A stretch of DNA of 64,000 nt from Candidatus Poribacteria bacterium (GTDB taxonomy: Bacteria; Poribacteria; WGA-4E; PCPOR2b), in NCBI GenBank assembly GCA_003635265.1, contig PYIZ01000009.1:22270-86269 (forward strand). The letters run 5' to 3'. Positions 19,649-29,206 of this stretch are shown here, piece by piece; the stretch's first letter is position 1; every line of letters starts with the position of its first letter. Under the pieces are notes generated by a model. It was not told the DNA's origin and did no database searches. It was given only the letters and a program-made list of their open reading frames with translations. The position numbers and the translations under genes are program-made.

Positions 19649-20548
19649 TTATTCCTCCGCCAGCACCGCTTCGATTGCCTGCAATTCTGCATCTGTCAAT
19701 TGCCAACCCTGTCCTCCGACATGCTCGGCAATCTGTTCGGGGGTTTTTGCACCGACAAGGACACAGGTGATTCCCGAAAACCGCAACTGCCAACCGATTG
19801 CGAGTTGAATGAGTGTGAGGTTCCGTTCTTGAGCGATGGCTTGCAGTTTTGCTGCTTTCGTCAGGTTTTGCCGAAATTCCTCTCCTTGAAATCGGGACAT
19901 CCCTGAACGTTCATCGTCTGCCGGAAATTGGTGGTCTGGCGTGTATTTGCCGGTCAGTAATCCTTTAGCTAATGGACTGTGTGGGAGGAGGCCGATGCCA
20001 TTAGCCTCACAGTGAGGCAGTATTTCCGCTTCAATCTCACGGTCAAGCAGGTTATAACGCGGTTGAAGTGAGTGAAAAGGCGCGGTTTGGGCGGCGAGTT
20101 CCATCTGTTCAACGTTATAATTGGAGACACCGATGTAGCGCGCTTTGCCCTCTTGACGCAACTGTTCCATCATATCCATGCTATCATCAACCGGGTACTG
20201 TGGGTTCCAGCCATGGATCTGATAGAGATCTACGTGGTCTGTTTGTAAAGCACGCAGGCTATTCTCCATTGCACGCCGGATGCCATCCGGTGAGTAATCT
20301 CGACTGACCTTTGTGGCGAGAAAAACCTGATTCCGCCGACCATCCTTCAACGCTTTGCCGATGATCGCTTCTGATGTGCGGTATGATTGTGCTGTGTCGA
20401 TGAGCGTAATGCCGTGGTCGAGCACCGCGTGCACTGTTGAAATTGCTGCTCCTTCATCGACTGCACCCATTGCTCCACCAATGGGCCAAGCCCCAAAACC
20501 GATTACAGATACATGATCCCCATCTTTTCCCAATTGTCGTTTTTCCAT
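19649..20548 (-). CDS. Aldo/keto reductase
   Basis: 299 aa. MEKRQLGKDGDHVSVIGFGAW...DLYQIHGWN...IGVSNY are AKR signature motifs. Confidence 0.85.
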   Translation of the reverse strand: MEKRQLGKDGDHVSVIGFGAWPIGGAMGAVDEGAAISTVHAVLDHGITLIDTAQSYRTSEAIIGKALKDGRRNQVFLATKVSRDYSPDGIRRAMENSLRALQTDHVDLYQIHGWNPQYPVDDSMDMMEQLRQEGKARYIGVSNYNVEQMELAAQTAPFHSLQPRYNLLDREIEAEILPHCEANGIGLLPHSPLAKGLLTGKYTPDHQFPADDERSGMSRFQGEEFRQNLTKAAKLQAIAQERNLTLIQLAIGWQLRFSGITCVLVGAKTPEQIAEHVGGQGWQLTDAELQAIEAVLAEE

Positions 20549-20859
20549 CTGTTGGTCTCCTGCTTTTTTGGTTCAAGCATTTTAGCATACCATCGATTTT
20601 TATGCGAAAGAAAATCCATGCTGCTTACCCTCTGAATCAGGATTTTTCATCATCTGCCCCGTAGTTGATTCCATTCCTGTTTTTATCTTATCATAGCCAA
20701 TAGGAAAAGTCACATCATTCCATATCACGATATACTTGCAGGTTGGTGGATTTCTTTTGTATTCACATCTCCGTTGGGGTATAATAATTAGACAGTTTTG
20801 AGTAGACGTTTCTGATTCCATTTTGCGTTTTAGACATTACGAGTTTCGTTGGAGAAGCG

Positions 20860-21114
20860 ATGAAAGTTAAAGTTAAATATTTTGCAGTATTACATGAAGA
20901 GTTAGATAGAGATGAAGAAGATATGGACCTGCCAGAGGGAGCAACCGTGAGGGTTATTCTGGACCGCCTTGAGGCGGAGTGGCCCGAAATCGCAGAATAC
21001 TATGATGTGATGCAAACGTCTGTGAATTGGGAGTATGCCACGCCAGATAGCGAACTTTCAGACGGCGATGAGGTCGCCTTCATTCCACCTGTGACTGGAG
21101 GTCAGGATGTTTAA
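20860..21114 (+). CDS. moaD: MoaD/ThiS-type sulfur-carrier protein
   Basis: 84 aa ending in GG (…PPVTGGQDV has GG near the C-terminus). It overlaps moaE by 8 bp, the classic moaDE arrangement. Confidence 0.65.
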   Translation: MKVKVKYFAVLHEELDRDEEDMDLPEGATVRVILDRLEAEWPEIAEYYDVMQTSVNWEYATPDSELSDGDEVAFIPPVTGGQDV

Positions 21115-21541
21115 GATTACCAGTGAAGAGATTGAATTGGGAGATGTGATTCGTGCGGTTGAAGCGGGAGATGCCGGGGCGATTGTCCATTTCTTAGGCG
21201 TTGTTCGCAACAACACTGAAGGTCGGGAGGTTTCCTATCTCGAATACGAAGCCTATCCACCGATGGCAGAAAAGAAGATGGCGGAAATTGCAGAGGAGAT
21301 CCACGAAAAGTGGGGGTTAGACCGCGTCGCTATGATTCATCGCGTGGGACGATTAGAGATTGGTGAAGTCAGCGTTGCAGTGGCTGTCGCCTCCCCGCAT
21401 CGTAAAGAGGCGTTTGAAGCGTGCCATTATGCGATGAATCGGCTCAAGCAAATTGTGCCGATCTGGAAACGCGAGGTCTGGGCGGATGGCGAGGAGGAGT
21501 GGGTCAAGCCTGATCCTGTTTTCTTTCAGTCGAAAGCCTAA
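21107..21541 (+). CDS. moaE: Molybdopterin synthase catalytic subunit
   Basis: 144 aa. ...GAIVHFLGVVRN...VSYLEYEAYPPMAEK...HRVGRLEIGEVSVAVAV is the MoaE pattern. Confidence 0.85.
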   Translation: MFKITSEEIELGDVIRAVEAGDAGAIVHFLGVVRNNTEGREVSYLEYEAYPPMAEKKMAEIAEEIHEKWGLDRVAMIHRVGRLEIGEVSVAVAVASPHRKEAFEACHYAMNRLKQIVPIWKREVWADGEEEWVKPDPVFFQSKA

Positions 21542-21564
21542 AACTTGCATCTAATCAAACTTCC

Positions 21565-24500
21565 CTACAATTCTGCCACGATTTCCATCCCTACCCGGTG
21601 CTCCGGTTTGTTCTGTTTCGTTGAAAGTAGACGATAATTGAATCGTAGTAGTAGATCCGTCACCTTCCTAACTTTATAGTCCGCAGTGGTGCGGACTTCA
21701 TGGCTCACCCCTTCGTAGAAGTTGTATCGCGTAAAGGGAAAGCCTCCTTTACTATTTCCGTGACTGAGTCGATAGGTAAAGTCAAACCGTCCTTTGTTGA
21801 TAAAGGAATAGGTCAGCCGATTTTCTAATGAGAAAGTTCGGGTTCGAGCTTCCGGCGTGTCATCAAGATGTTCACGATCGGCAGTAGATTCGTGGATGCC
21901 GGCAACGCCAAGTTGTAAAACACGGCTGAGTTCATAGTTGAATTCAAGCGTGTTTGTACGTTCGAACTGTGTCAAATCAGAAATCGCTTCTGATGCGTTC
22001 CCCTCAGGATCGAGCTCAGTAAACTGTTCCTCTTCCCACCGCTGTTCCCATCTTGCCTTGAATGAGAGTTTCGATGTCGGGTTCAGTGTGAAATCCACCT
22101 CCCAATCGCGGCTGTGTCGTCGTCGTTCCCTGTTATTAATCCGCTTGTTAAGGAGACGGTTGGTATCATATTTGAGGTCCAGACTCAATAGCGGCGACGG
22201 GGAAAAGTCGAGCCGATACCGCTGGTTGATTCGCCCAAAAATTGTGCGTTCGTTTCGCAGATTGTGCAGCAGATAGAGGCTTGACGGATCTGGATCCTCC
22301 TGCTCCTCCGTTATATTGACGACAGCCTGCCCGCGAACGGCGTTTGCTAACCGTACTAAGTTGCTTTGAGTTTCGGTCTGCTTGGTCCCAGAGGTTATGC
22401 CACCCCTCCGACGCGACATGAAGCGGCGGGGTTGGAAACGCAGCCTCACCTTCATATCAATGGCAGAAACCGGTTTGTCCTCGACATTCTGGATGAATTT
22501 GATATAGTCTCCCTCCTCAAAATCTTCGCGGTAGTGCAGATCGTCAATTTTGACATAATGCCCCTCACCCGGCTTAATCTCCCGCCCTGTGAATGGGTTG
22601 ACGTTTGTGAAAATCTCGCGTCGTTCTGTCGCCAATTTTTTGTCGAGTTCATAGGTGAGCTGTCCGTCCAACGCTCGGTTGAATGGCGTGAGGCGCATTT
22701 CGATATCCGCCAACTGCGTCCTTGAGTCGGAGTTTGGTCCTCGCTCCGCTTTGAATACCCGACGGGAGATATTGGTTGAGACGTTTGCCCACTTACGTGG
22801 TTGAGAAAAGAGCCCCACGGTCCATGTCCTTGCGTTCGTCGCCTGCTGCCAATCCGAGAAGCCTAATGCCTTTCCGTCAACGGTGAGCAGGGGTTCTTTG
22901 TTGAAAGCCCTTTCAATTGCGTATTTTGTGTTAACTGACACCCATCGAAAATCGACCAGATCGAGCCGCCCCGTTGAAATGTTCCGTTTTCGGTTGAGGT
23001 TCACGTTATCATCGAAATCGAGGTCAATCGCCTCCAACTGTTCGATGGAGGCGTTCAGATTGAACAGGCGAATGCGCTGAGAGAGTTGTCCGTGCCTCCG
23101 TGCTTTGCGAAATTGGTCCTGTCCCCTGACTTTCGACGTGCTGCCTCGATAATCGCCTCTGAGACGGGGAAAGTATGTGCGTTTCGTCAACCCTTCCCGT
23201 GGATTGAAATCGAACCCGCCGTTAAGGTTGTTGCGCAGGGTAAAATCGGTGAGTGGAGTTGCTGTATCGGAACCGTTGAGACCTTGCTGATCTGCTGATT
23301 TCTTGAAATGTTCCTCTGTGCGTCCTAAACCGTAATCGAGTCTAAGCCAATTGACCGGCTTTACCTGTAGGTCAAGATCTACGGACTTCTCATCGGGGGT
23401 TTGGGATGGACCTACATCACCCAATAGATACAGGTCGTCAAACTGTTCATCGGTGTACTGTTCTTCGTATCGAAACCGTGTACGGTTGGCACTTGATGCA
23501 CCGACAGGTACAAAGTCCGCGTCGAGGGATCGGAGTTCTATATTCAATAGCAACTTTTCCGTTGATGAATTGGCGAGGAATTTCCAAGCTCGACTCAATG
23601 TTTTGCGATCTTGGTTGGAGAAGGTGTTCTGATCCAATGCACCGAAGGCGATCTGTCCTTCGAGCGTCGGGGCATGTTGTAAGAAACCTTGACTTTCGGT
23701 GAAATCGAGGCGTCCGTTGATGTCCCATACGGTGCGTCGTTGTGGCGCGATGAGAAGGTTTCCATCCCCGTCTGCGTCCAGTTCGTTTCTCTGTAGTTCC
23801 TCTAACTCTTCTTCATTTATAATGATGAACGCATTTTCAGGATCATTTAGATCCGATTCAACAGCATAGCCGAATCCAACCGTGACACGCTCGCCGGGCA
23901 GATTCAGCGAACCACTGACACCTTGCAGATTTCGCTGGTACGCCAAGTCTTCGGGGATATATTCAAAATCGACACGAATCACATCATTGCTCGTGATTAA
24001 GTGTTTGCTTGTGAATTCAATAATCGGGTCGCCGTAGTCACGGATCACGTAGTCATTGTTTTCTCCACGCCGCATCCGTTGACCGTTCAGCCAAACAATT
24101 TCAGTTCCCGCTTTCACGATAACAAACTCACCTTCGACATCAATGCGATATTCGCTACGCCCCTCCTCACCCCGAATTGTCTTACTGGCAGACTGTCCCT
24201 TGGGGATAGCACTCGGTATGAGATGAAATTTTCCCCACTTGAAATCGCCTGTGACCTGCACCCCTTCTAGCGCGCGGTTAAAGAATATATCCGTATCGCC
24301 TAGCGATCCCTCAAAATCGCCCAACAATCCTGTAACGTTTGGGCTTGTGATGCGGATAAGTTTCTGATCAATATCTTGGATATCTTCGGTTGTGCCTTCA
24401 GGTTGGATGGGCAGGTCTTGATCTGAAAGGAGTGCTGTGACGCTGATGTTCTCTGAGACTTTGCCATCAACGCTAATTCGCAAAGCGTGCTCCGGGGACA

Positions 24501-25017
24501 GCGATCTCTGGCTGCCTGCCGAGATGCCGAATGTCTGCGTTCCTGTGACATGCACCGGCGGCAGTGCTGATTCCGGTAGACGTTGTTGGATCAAATCTGC
24601 GCGGGGTTCAAGTTTGACTTGGCTGGACGGTTGGTCCAACGACTGATCTTGTCGGAAGAGATCTCGTTTATACCCCTTTTTAATTGCAAAGGGCAAGACT
24701 CGATAGCTAATTTGTGCAGAGGTTTCCGGTGGGTAGTCTTTCAGGAACGTGACCGTTCCTGCACCGTAATCGATAAGGTAGTCCAAGTTTTTGGTGAGTT
24801 TCACACCGTTAATTGTTATATGTTCACTATCATGGATGGGGGGCCAATGCTTGAGAATAAAAGGGTCAGGAATATCTTTGAATCGGATAGATTCGGTTTT
24901 CTGCAAAAGGGAGAGGGGTGGTAATTGGAGCGGGTCGCGCTCGGATTCTGCGGCGTGGGAGACGGAGATGAGAATGCCAATAAGTAAGAAATGCGATGTT
25001 GCGAGAAGTTTCCCCAT
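21565..25017 (-). CDS. Large (1150 aa) secreted, probable outer-membrane protein of unknown function
   Basis: N-terminal signal peptide (LLIGILISVSHAAE). Composition rich in N/D/R/Y/F amphipathic beta-strand pattern. No enzymatic motifs. An outer-membrane barrel (LptD/SprA-like) is inference only. Confidence 0.4.
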   Translation of the reverse strand: MGKLLATSHFLLIGILISVSHAAESERDPLQLPPLSLLQKTESIRFKDIPDPFILKHWPPIHDSEHITINGVKLTKNLDYLIDYGAGTVTFLKDYPPETSAQISYRVLPFAIKKGYKRDLFRQDQSLDQPSSQVKLEPRADLIQQRLPESALPPVHVTGTQTFGISAGSQRSLSPEHALRISVDGKVSENISVTALLSDQDLPIQPEGTTEDIQDIDQKLIRITSPNVTGLLGDFEGSLGDTDIFFNRALEGVQVTGDFKWGKFHLIPSAIPKGQSASKTIRGEEGRSEYRIDVEGEFVIVKAGTEIVWLNGQRMRRGENNDYVIRDYGDPIIEFTSKHLITSNDVIRVDFEYIPEDLAYQRNLQGVSGSLNLPGERVTVGFGYAVESDLNDPENAFIIINEEELEELQRNELDADGDGNLLIAPQRRTVWDINGRLDFTESQGFLQHAPTLEGQIAFGALDQNTFSNQDRKTLSRAWKFLANSSTEKLLLNIELRSLDADFVPVGASSANRTRFRYEEQYTDEQFDDLYLLGDVGPSQTPDEKSVDLDLQVKPVNWLRLDYGLGRTEEHFKKSADQQGLNGSDTATPLTDFTLRNNLNGGFDFNPREGLTKRTYFPRLRGDYRGSTSKVRGQDQFRKARRHGQLSQRIRLFNLNASIEQLEAIDLDFDDNVNLNRKRNISTGRLDLVDFRWVSVNTKYAIERAFNKEPLLTVDGKALGFSDWQQATNARTWTVGLFSQPRKWANVSTNISRRVFKAERGPNSDSRTQLADIEMRLTPFNRALDGQLTYELDKKLATERREIFTNVNPFTGREIKPGEGHYVKIDDLHYREDFEEGDYIKFIQNVEDKPVSAIDMKVRLRFQPRRFMSRRRGGITSGTKQTETQSNLVRLANAVRGQAVVNITEEQEDPDPSSLYLLHNLRNERTIFGRINQRYRLDFSPSPLLSLDLKYDTNRLLNKRINNRERRRHSRDWEVDFTLNPTSKLSFKARWEQRWEEEQFTELDPEGNASEAISDLTQFERTNTLEFNYELSRVLQLGVAGIHESTADREHLDDTPEARTRTFSLENRLTYSFINKGRFDFTYRLSHGNSKGGFPFTRYNFYEGVSHEVRTTADYKVRKVTDLLLRFNYRLLSTKQNKPEHRVGMEIVAEL

Positions 25018-25355
25018 GAAAAGATACCGGGAGCCAAAAGAGGTGTGATAGCGGAGAAGTAGTCAGAGTCTTTGGATTAAGAGTGACGTTGATGTTTTTC
25101 GAGTCTAACTTGCTTTGTTATCTCTTTGTTTACAGGATACTTTTCTTTCTTCATGTTTTCAGTTTTTGCTATGTTGCAGGGAATTTCCGATAGCAGAGCA
25201 CATCGGTCTACCTATACATTGAAGAAATAATAGATACACGGCATAAGATATGATATAATAACGCGCTGCAAAATTCAGCAATAACTTTGAGCGGAAATAA
25301 CATTTGTGCCAATATCATATCACTGGATGGGGAGGATTCACGATTGTCAGTTGCT

Positions 25356-26207
25356 TTGGATCCCGATGAAATCGGGGCGAAAATTATTGATGGGAAAGAG
25401 CTAGCTAGATCTGTTCGGCGCAAGATTCGGCGCCAAGTGAAGAAACTCAAATTTACCCCCGGACTTGCGGTGGTCCAAGTTGGAGATGATCCCGCTTCGA
25501 CCGTCTATGTCAGCAACAAGGAGAAGGATTGTCAGTATGTCGGCTTTCATTCGGAGGTACATCGAATGCCGGCGGAAACGCCGCAAGCAGCGGTCATAGA
25601 ACAAATTCACACGCTGAACAGTCGTGAGGATATACACGGAATTATTGCTCAAATGCCGGTGCCTGATTCTATTGATGGGGATACTATTATCAACGCGATC
25701 ATGCCTGAAAAGGACGCCGACGGTCTGACGCTTGTGAACTTAGGTAACCTCCTGATTAACCGTGAACAGACTGTTCCGTGCACGCCAGCAGGAATTATCC
25801 GTCTCATTGAATCGACTGGCGTAGGGATTGAAGGGAGCCGCGTCGTTTGTGTGGGTCGCAGCAGTCTGGTTGGCAAACCTGTTGGGTTGATGCTGCTCAA
25901 CCGCAATGCGACGGTCACCTACTGCCACACGAGGACTCGTGAACTTTTCTCGGAAACGCAACAAGCGGACATTCTGATTGCAGCAGTTGGCAGACCTCGG
26001 TTAATTACGGCAGGCATGGTAAAACCGGGGGCGGTCGTGATTGATGTGGGAATTACTATTACTGAAGATGGCTTTGTTGGTGATGTTGATTATGAGAGTG
26101 TCGAGGAGGTCGCCGGTTTTATCACACCTGTTCCCGGCGGTGTTGGACCGATGACACGTGCAATGTTGTTAGAAAACACATTAGAATTAGCTTTGGCTCG
26201 AAAATAG
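25356..26207 (+). CDS. folD: Bifunctional methylenetetrahydrofolate dehydrogenase / methenyl-THF cyclohydrolase
   Basis: KIIDGKELA...GLAVVQVGDDPASTVYV...PGGVGPMT are FolD signatures. The ORF opens at 25287, but homology begins at about 25380. A TTG at 25356 is the plausible start. Confidence 0.85.
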   Translation: MDPDEIGAKIIDGKELARSVRRKIRRQVKKLKFTPGLAVVQVGDDPASTVYVSNKEKDCQYVGFHSEVHRMPAETPQAAVIEQIHTLNSREDIHGIIAQMPVPDSIDGDTIINAIMPEKDADGLTLVNLGNLLINREQTVPCTPAGIIRLIESTGVGIEGSRVVCVGRSSLVGKPVGLMLLNRNATVTYCHTRTRELFSETQQADILIAAVGRPRLITAGMVKPGAVVIDVGITITEDGFVGDVDYESVEEVAGFITPVPGGVGPMTRAMLLENTLELALARK

Positions 26208-26260
26208 CGATAGATTTATAAACTTGCGTATTACGCATCATACAAAGATGGAGGTTTATT

Positions 26261-27025
26261 ATGGGGTTTCCCGGATTTGATCTTAACGGTAAGGTGATGT
26301 TAGTTACAGGTGCAGGTAAAGGCATCGGCCGAGGTCTCGCGATCGCTGCGGCACAGATGGGTGCCGATGTCATTCTGAATAGCCGGACGCTCTCCGATCT
26401 CGAAGAGGTTGCGGAAGATATACGGGCAGCGGGCGGTAAGGCTGAACCGGTCGTTTTCGATGCGAGCAAGATGGATGAAATCGCTCGGGGTGCACAAGAC
26501 GCAATCGATGTTTGGGGACGGGTTGATGTCCTTGTTAATAACGCTGGTACGAACCGTCCAAAGCCTGCGCTCGAAGTAACAGAGGACGATTGGGACACTG
26601 TTTACGATTTGAATCTCAAGGGATTATTTTTTTTGACGCAGACGCTGGTGAAGCCGATGATTGAACGGGAAAGCGGAAAAATCATCAACATCACTTCGAC
26701 AATGGCGCTGGTAGGGGGTCCCTTGCGGACAATTTATTCCGGCAGCAAAGGTGGGGTTGTGGCGTTGACAAAAGGACTCGCAGTCGAGTGGGCACCTCAC
26801 AACGTAACGGTGAACACTGTTGCGCCTGCGTTTACACGAACACCGCTTGCGAATGAGCTCCTAAAGCGCAAGGAGTTCTATGATGATGTCGTGCGTCGCA
26901 TTCCGATGGGGCGAGTCGGTGAGGTTGAGGAAGTTGTCGGGGCAGTACTGTACCTCGCTTCGGACGCTGCGAATTGGGTGACGGGACAAACCATCGCTGT
27001 TGACGGCGGTTGGGTTGCTTGGTAG
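26261..27025 (+). CDS. SDR-family oxidoreductase
   Basis: TGAGKGIGRG glycine motif, NNAG, and S...Y..xK catalytic triad (YSGSK). Confidence 0.85.
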   Translation: MGFPGFDLNGKVMLVTGAGKGIGRGLAIAAAQMGADVILNSRTLSDLEEVAEDIRAAGGKAEPVVFDASKMDEIARGAQDAIDVWGRVDVLVNNAGTNRPKPALEVTEDDWDTVYDLNLKGLFFLTQTLVKPMIERESGKIINITSTMALVGGPLRTIYSGSKGGVVALTKGLAVEWAPHNVTVNTVAPAFTRTPLANELLKRKEFYDDVVRRIPMGRVGEVEEVVGAVLYLASDAANWVTGQTIAVDGGWVAW

Positions 27026-27143
27026 ATGATTCAATGATGTGGTCTGAAGAGGTGCACAAGTATCGGTTATTTCTGGGATTTCCTTGTGGCTTCCGCCTAA
27101 TCAAGTACGAATTCGGAATACGTTTTCCAATAAGGAGTAGAGG

Positions 27144-29192
27144 ATGACGACAAGCATTTCTACAAATGGAGCTTCCATGCCTGAAATGGTTTCCATCAAG
27201 GCGACTGACATCTCTGCGCCGCCCGGATGGGCGCTGATGGAGCGTAACCTGATCGACCTCATGGAGGAAGCGGCACCCATAATGGTCAAGAAGTACACAG
27301 AACCGGGGGGCGCCCTTTACTTTGCAGAGGACTTCGACGATCTGTACGAGCAGTTCTACAACTGGTGCTTGTTTTACGCCATCGGTGCCGATGAGAGTTT
27401 GCTTGACCTTGCGTTACAGGGGTGGAACGCGTCGACCCGAATTAGTGACGACAGCTTCAATCATCGCCTTCGACACAATAATTTTACAAAAGTGTTCAGA
27501 CCGTCGATGCACAACGAATTCTGGAATCTGGCGCAATCTACGGAGTGGCATCATCTTGGCGAAGGCAACATGGCGTTCTACGATTTCGGTGTTGCTTGTC
27601 CCACCGTCTCGGAGAACGTCCGTCGAGCGCGGAGATTTGCTGCGATGTTCATCGGCGAGGATCCGGAAGCCCCCAATTATGACCCTGAGTATAAAATCCT
27701 CCGATCCCCGTTTCACTCCAGTCAGGGACCGAGATTACATGCAGATGCGAATTTCGTGAACACCATGCTGCTCGCCGGAAGATATCTAGGTGGCGAGGTC
27801 AACTATTACGGTGTACGTGCGAGTCTTTATCCAATCGTCGAAGATCTCGAACTGAATTGGTATGAAGACCCAAAACGCAGGGAAGAGATTGTGGAATTGT
27901 TTGAGAAGATGGTCTTACATGCCGACACCCCCAATAGTTTAGGTGCTACTGCGCTCGTCACGAATGCTTACCTGTATACAGGCGATGAGAAGTACAAGCG
28001 GTGGGTATTGGAATACACGGAAGCATGGTTGGATCGGATGCGTCGTAATAATGGGATTATGCCCGATAATGTGGGACATACGGGAAAGATTGGGGAGCAC
28101 CGCAATGGCGTGTGGTGGGGTGGACAGTATGGCTGGAATCACTATCAGGGCTATAATATTATGTTTCACTCGCTCACCATCGCCGCTGAATGTGCCTTGC
28201 TACTTACTGGCGACTTCGGCTATCTTGAACTTCTCCGCTCACAGATTCAGCTGCTGTTGGAAAATTCGATAACACGGGAAGATGGGCAACTTATCATGCC
28301 GACGCGCTATGGTCCCGATGGCTGGTGTTATGACCCGCCTGTGGGTCCTTCCAACGATGATATTCTACCCAAGAGAGGTGTCTACACAGGACCGATTCCG
28401 TGGCGAATGCAGGAACTTGCCCACCTGTATCATGCGTCGATGTCCCCTGAGGATTATGAGCTAATCACACGGATACGAGATGGCGAGGTCGAGCGCGATT
28501 GGAATGAAATTGGGGACAGGGGTGGCGAGAAGAACGGGGGCGAAACAGAATTCGCCCGTTTTCAATACTACGATGGGTTGAATCCCGATTGGCCCGAGAA
28601 GATACTGAGTGCGGAATACCGATGGGCGTTGGAGGCATTCGACAAGATGCGTCTCGACGATCGTGCTGTTGAAGAAATTGTTACAACGAACTTCTTTCCG
28701 CCGAATCCTGTTTTCACGAAGGGTTTGACGCAGGTCACGATGGGTGCGCCGCAATCGGTTTACAATGGCGGACTGCTCCGAGCGACTGTACGCTATTATG
28801 ATCGGGACAACGCTCGCCCCGGCTTACCGGGCGATGTTGCTGCCCTCGTCGATAAATTGGCGTCAGATGGTGTCGGAATCCAACTGGTGAACCTCAGCAC
28901 GACTGAAACGCGAAACGCCATCGTGCAGGCGGGTGCTTTCGGAGAACATCAGTTTACTGGACTCAAATACCGAGAGATGAATCAAGAGGAATTACGTCAA
29001 AATCCGTATGGATGGCTCCGGTCGGAACGAGAATACGCTGACAAAGAAGTTCCGGTCAATGGGAAGTATTTTGCAGTCGAACTTCCGCCTTCGACATCTG
29101 TCCGGCTGGAGGTTGGCATGCGTCGTTTTGTGAATGATCCGAGCTACGCCTTCCCGTGGCATGGGGAGACGATTCCAGTGCCGTTTCAATAA
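27144..29192 (+). CDS. Hypothetical 682-aa cytoplasmic protein, possibly an (alpha/alpha)6-barrel glycan-active enzyme
   Basis: Clean long ORF, W/Y-rich (WWGGQYGWNHYQGYN), no signal peptide. Function not recognisable from sequence. Confidence 0.3.
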   Translation: MTTSISTNGASMPEMVSIKATDISAPPGWALMERNLIDLMEEAAPIMVKKYTEPGGALYFAEDFDDLYEQFYNWCLFYAIGADESLLDLALQGWNASTRISDDSFNHRLRHNNFTKVFRPSMHNEFWNLAQSTEWHHLGEGNMAFYDFGVACPTVSENVRRARRFAAMFIGEDPEAPNYDPEYKILRSPFHSSQGPRLHADANFVNTMLLAGRYLGGEVNYYGVRASLYPIVEDLELNWYEDPKRREEIVELFEKMVLHADTPNSLGATALVTNAYLYTGDEKYKRWVLEYTEAWLDRMRRNNGIMPDNVGHTGKIGEHRNGVWWGGQYGWNHYQGYNIMFHSLTIAAECALLLTGDFGYLELLRSQIQLLLENSITREDGQLIMPTRYGPDGWCYDPPVGPSNDDILPKRGVYTGPIPWRMQELAHLYHASMSPEDYELITRIRDGEVERDWNEIGDRGGEKNGGETEFARFQYYDGLNPDWPEKILSAEYRWALEAFDKMRLDDRAVEEIVTTNFFPPNPVFTKGLTQVTMGAPQSVYNGGLLRATVRYYDRDNARPGLPGDVAALVDKLASDGVGIQLVNLSTTETRNAIVQAGAFGEHQFTGLKYREMNQEELRQNPYGWLRSEREYADKEVPVNGKYFAVELPPSTSVRLEVGMRRFVNDPSYAFPWHGETIPVPFQ

Positions 29193-29206
29193 TGCGAAGG
29201 GTGGAA

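Noticed and set aside
20600-20821. 73-aa ORF in the 310-bp aldo/keto reductase - moaD intergenic region
   Set aside because: No RBS and no conserved features. The region more likely holds divergent promoters. An AT-rich hairpin (AAAATCC...GGATTTT) here is too weak to call a terminator.
26122-26598. 158-aa minus-strand ORF
   Set aside because: Antisense to the SDR gene and the folD 3' end, with low-complexity S/A/R-rich translation.
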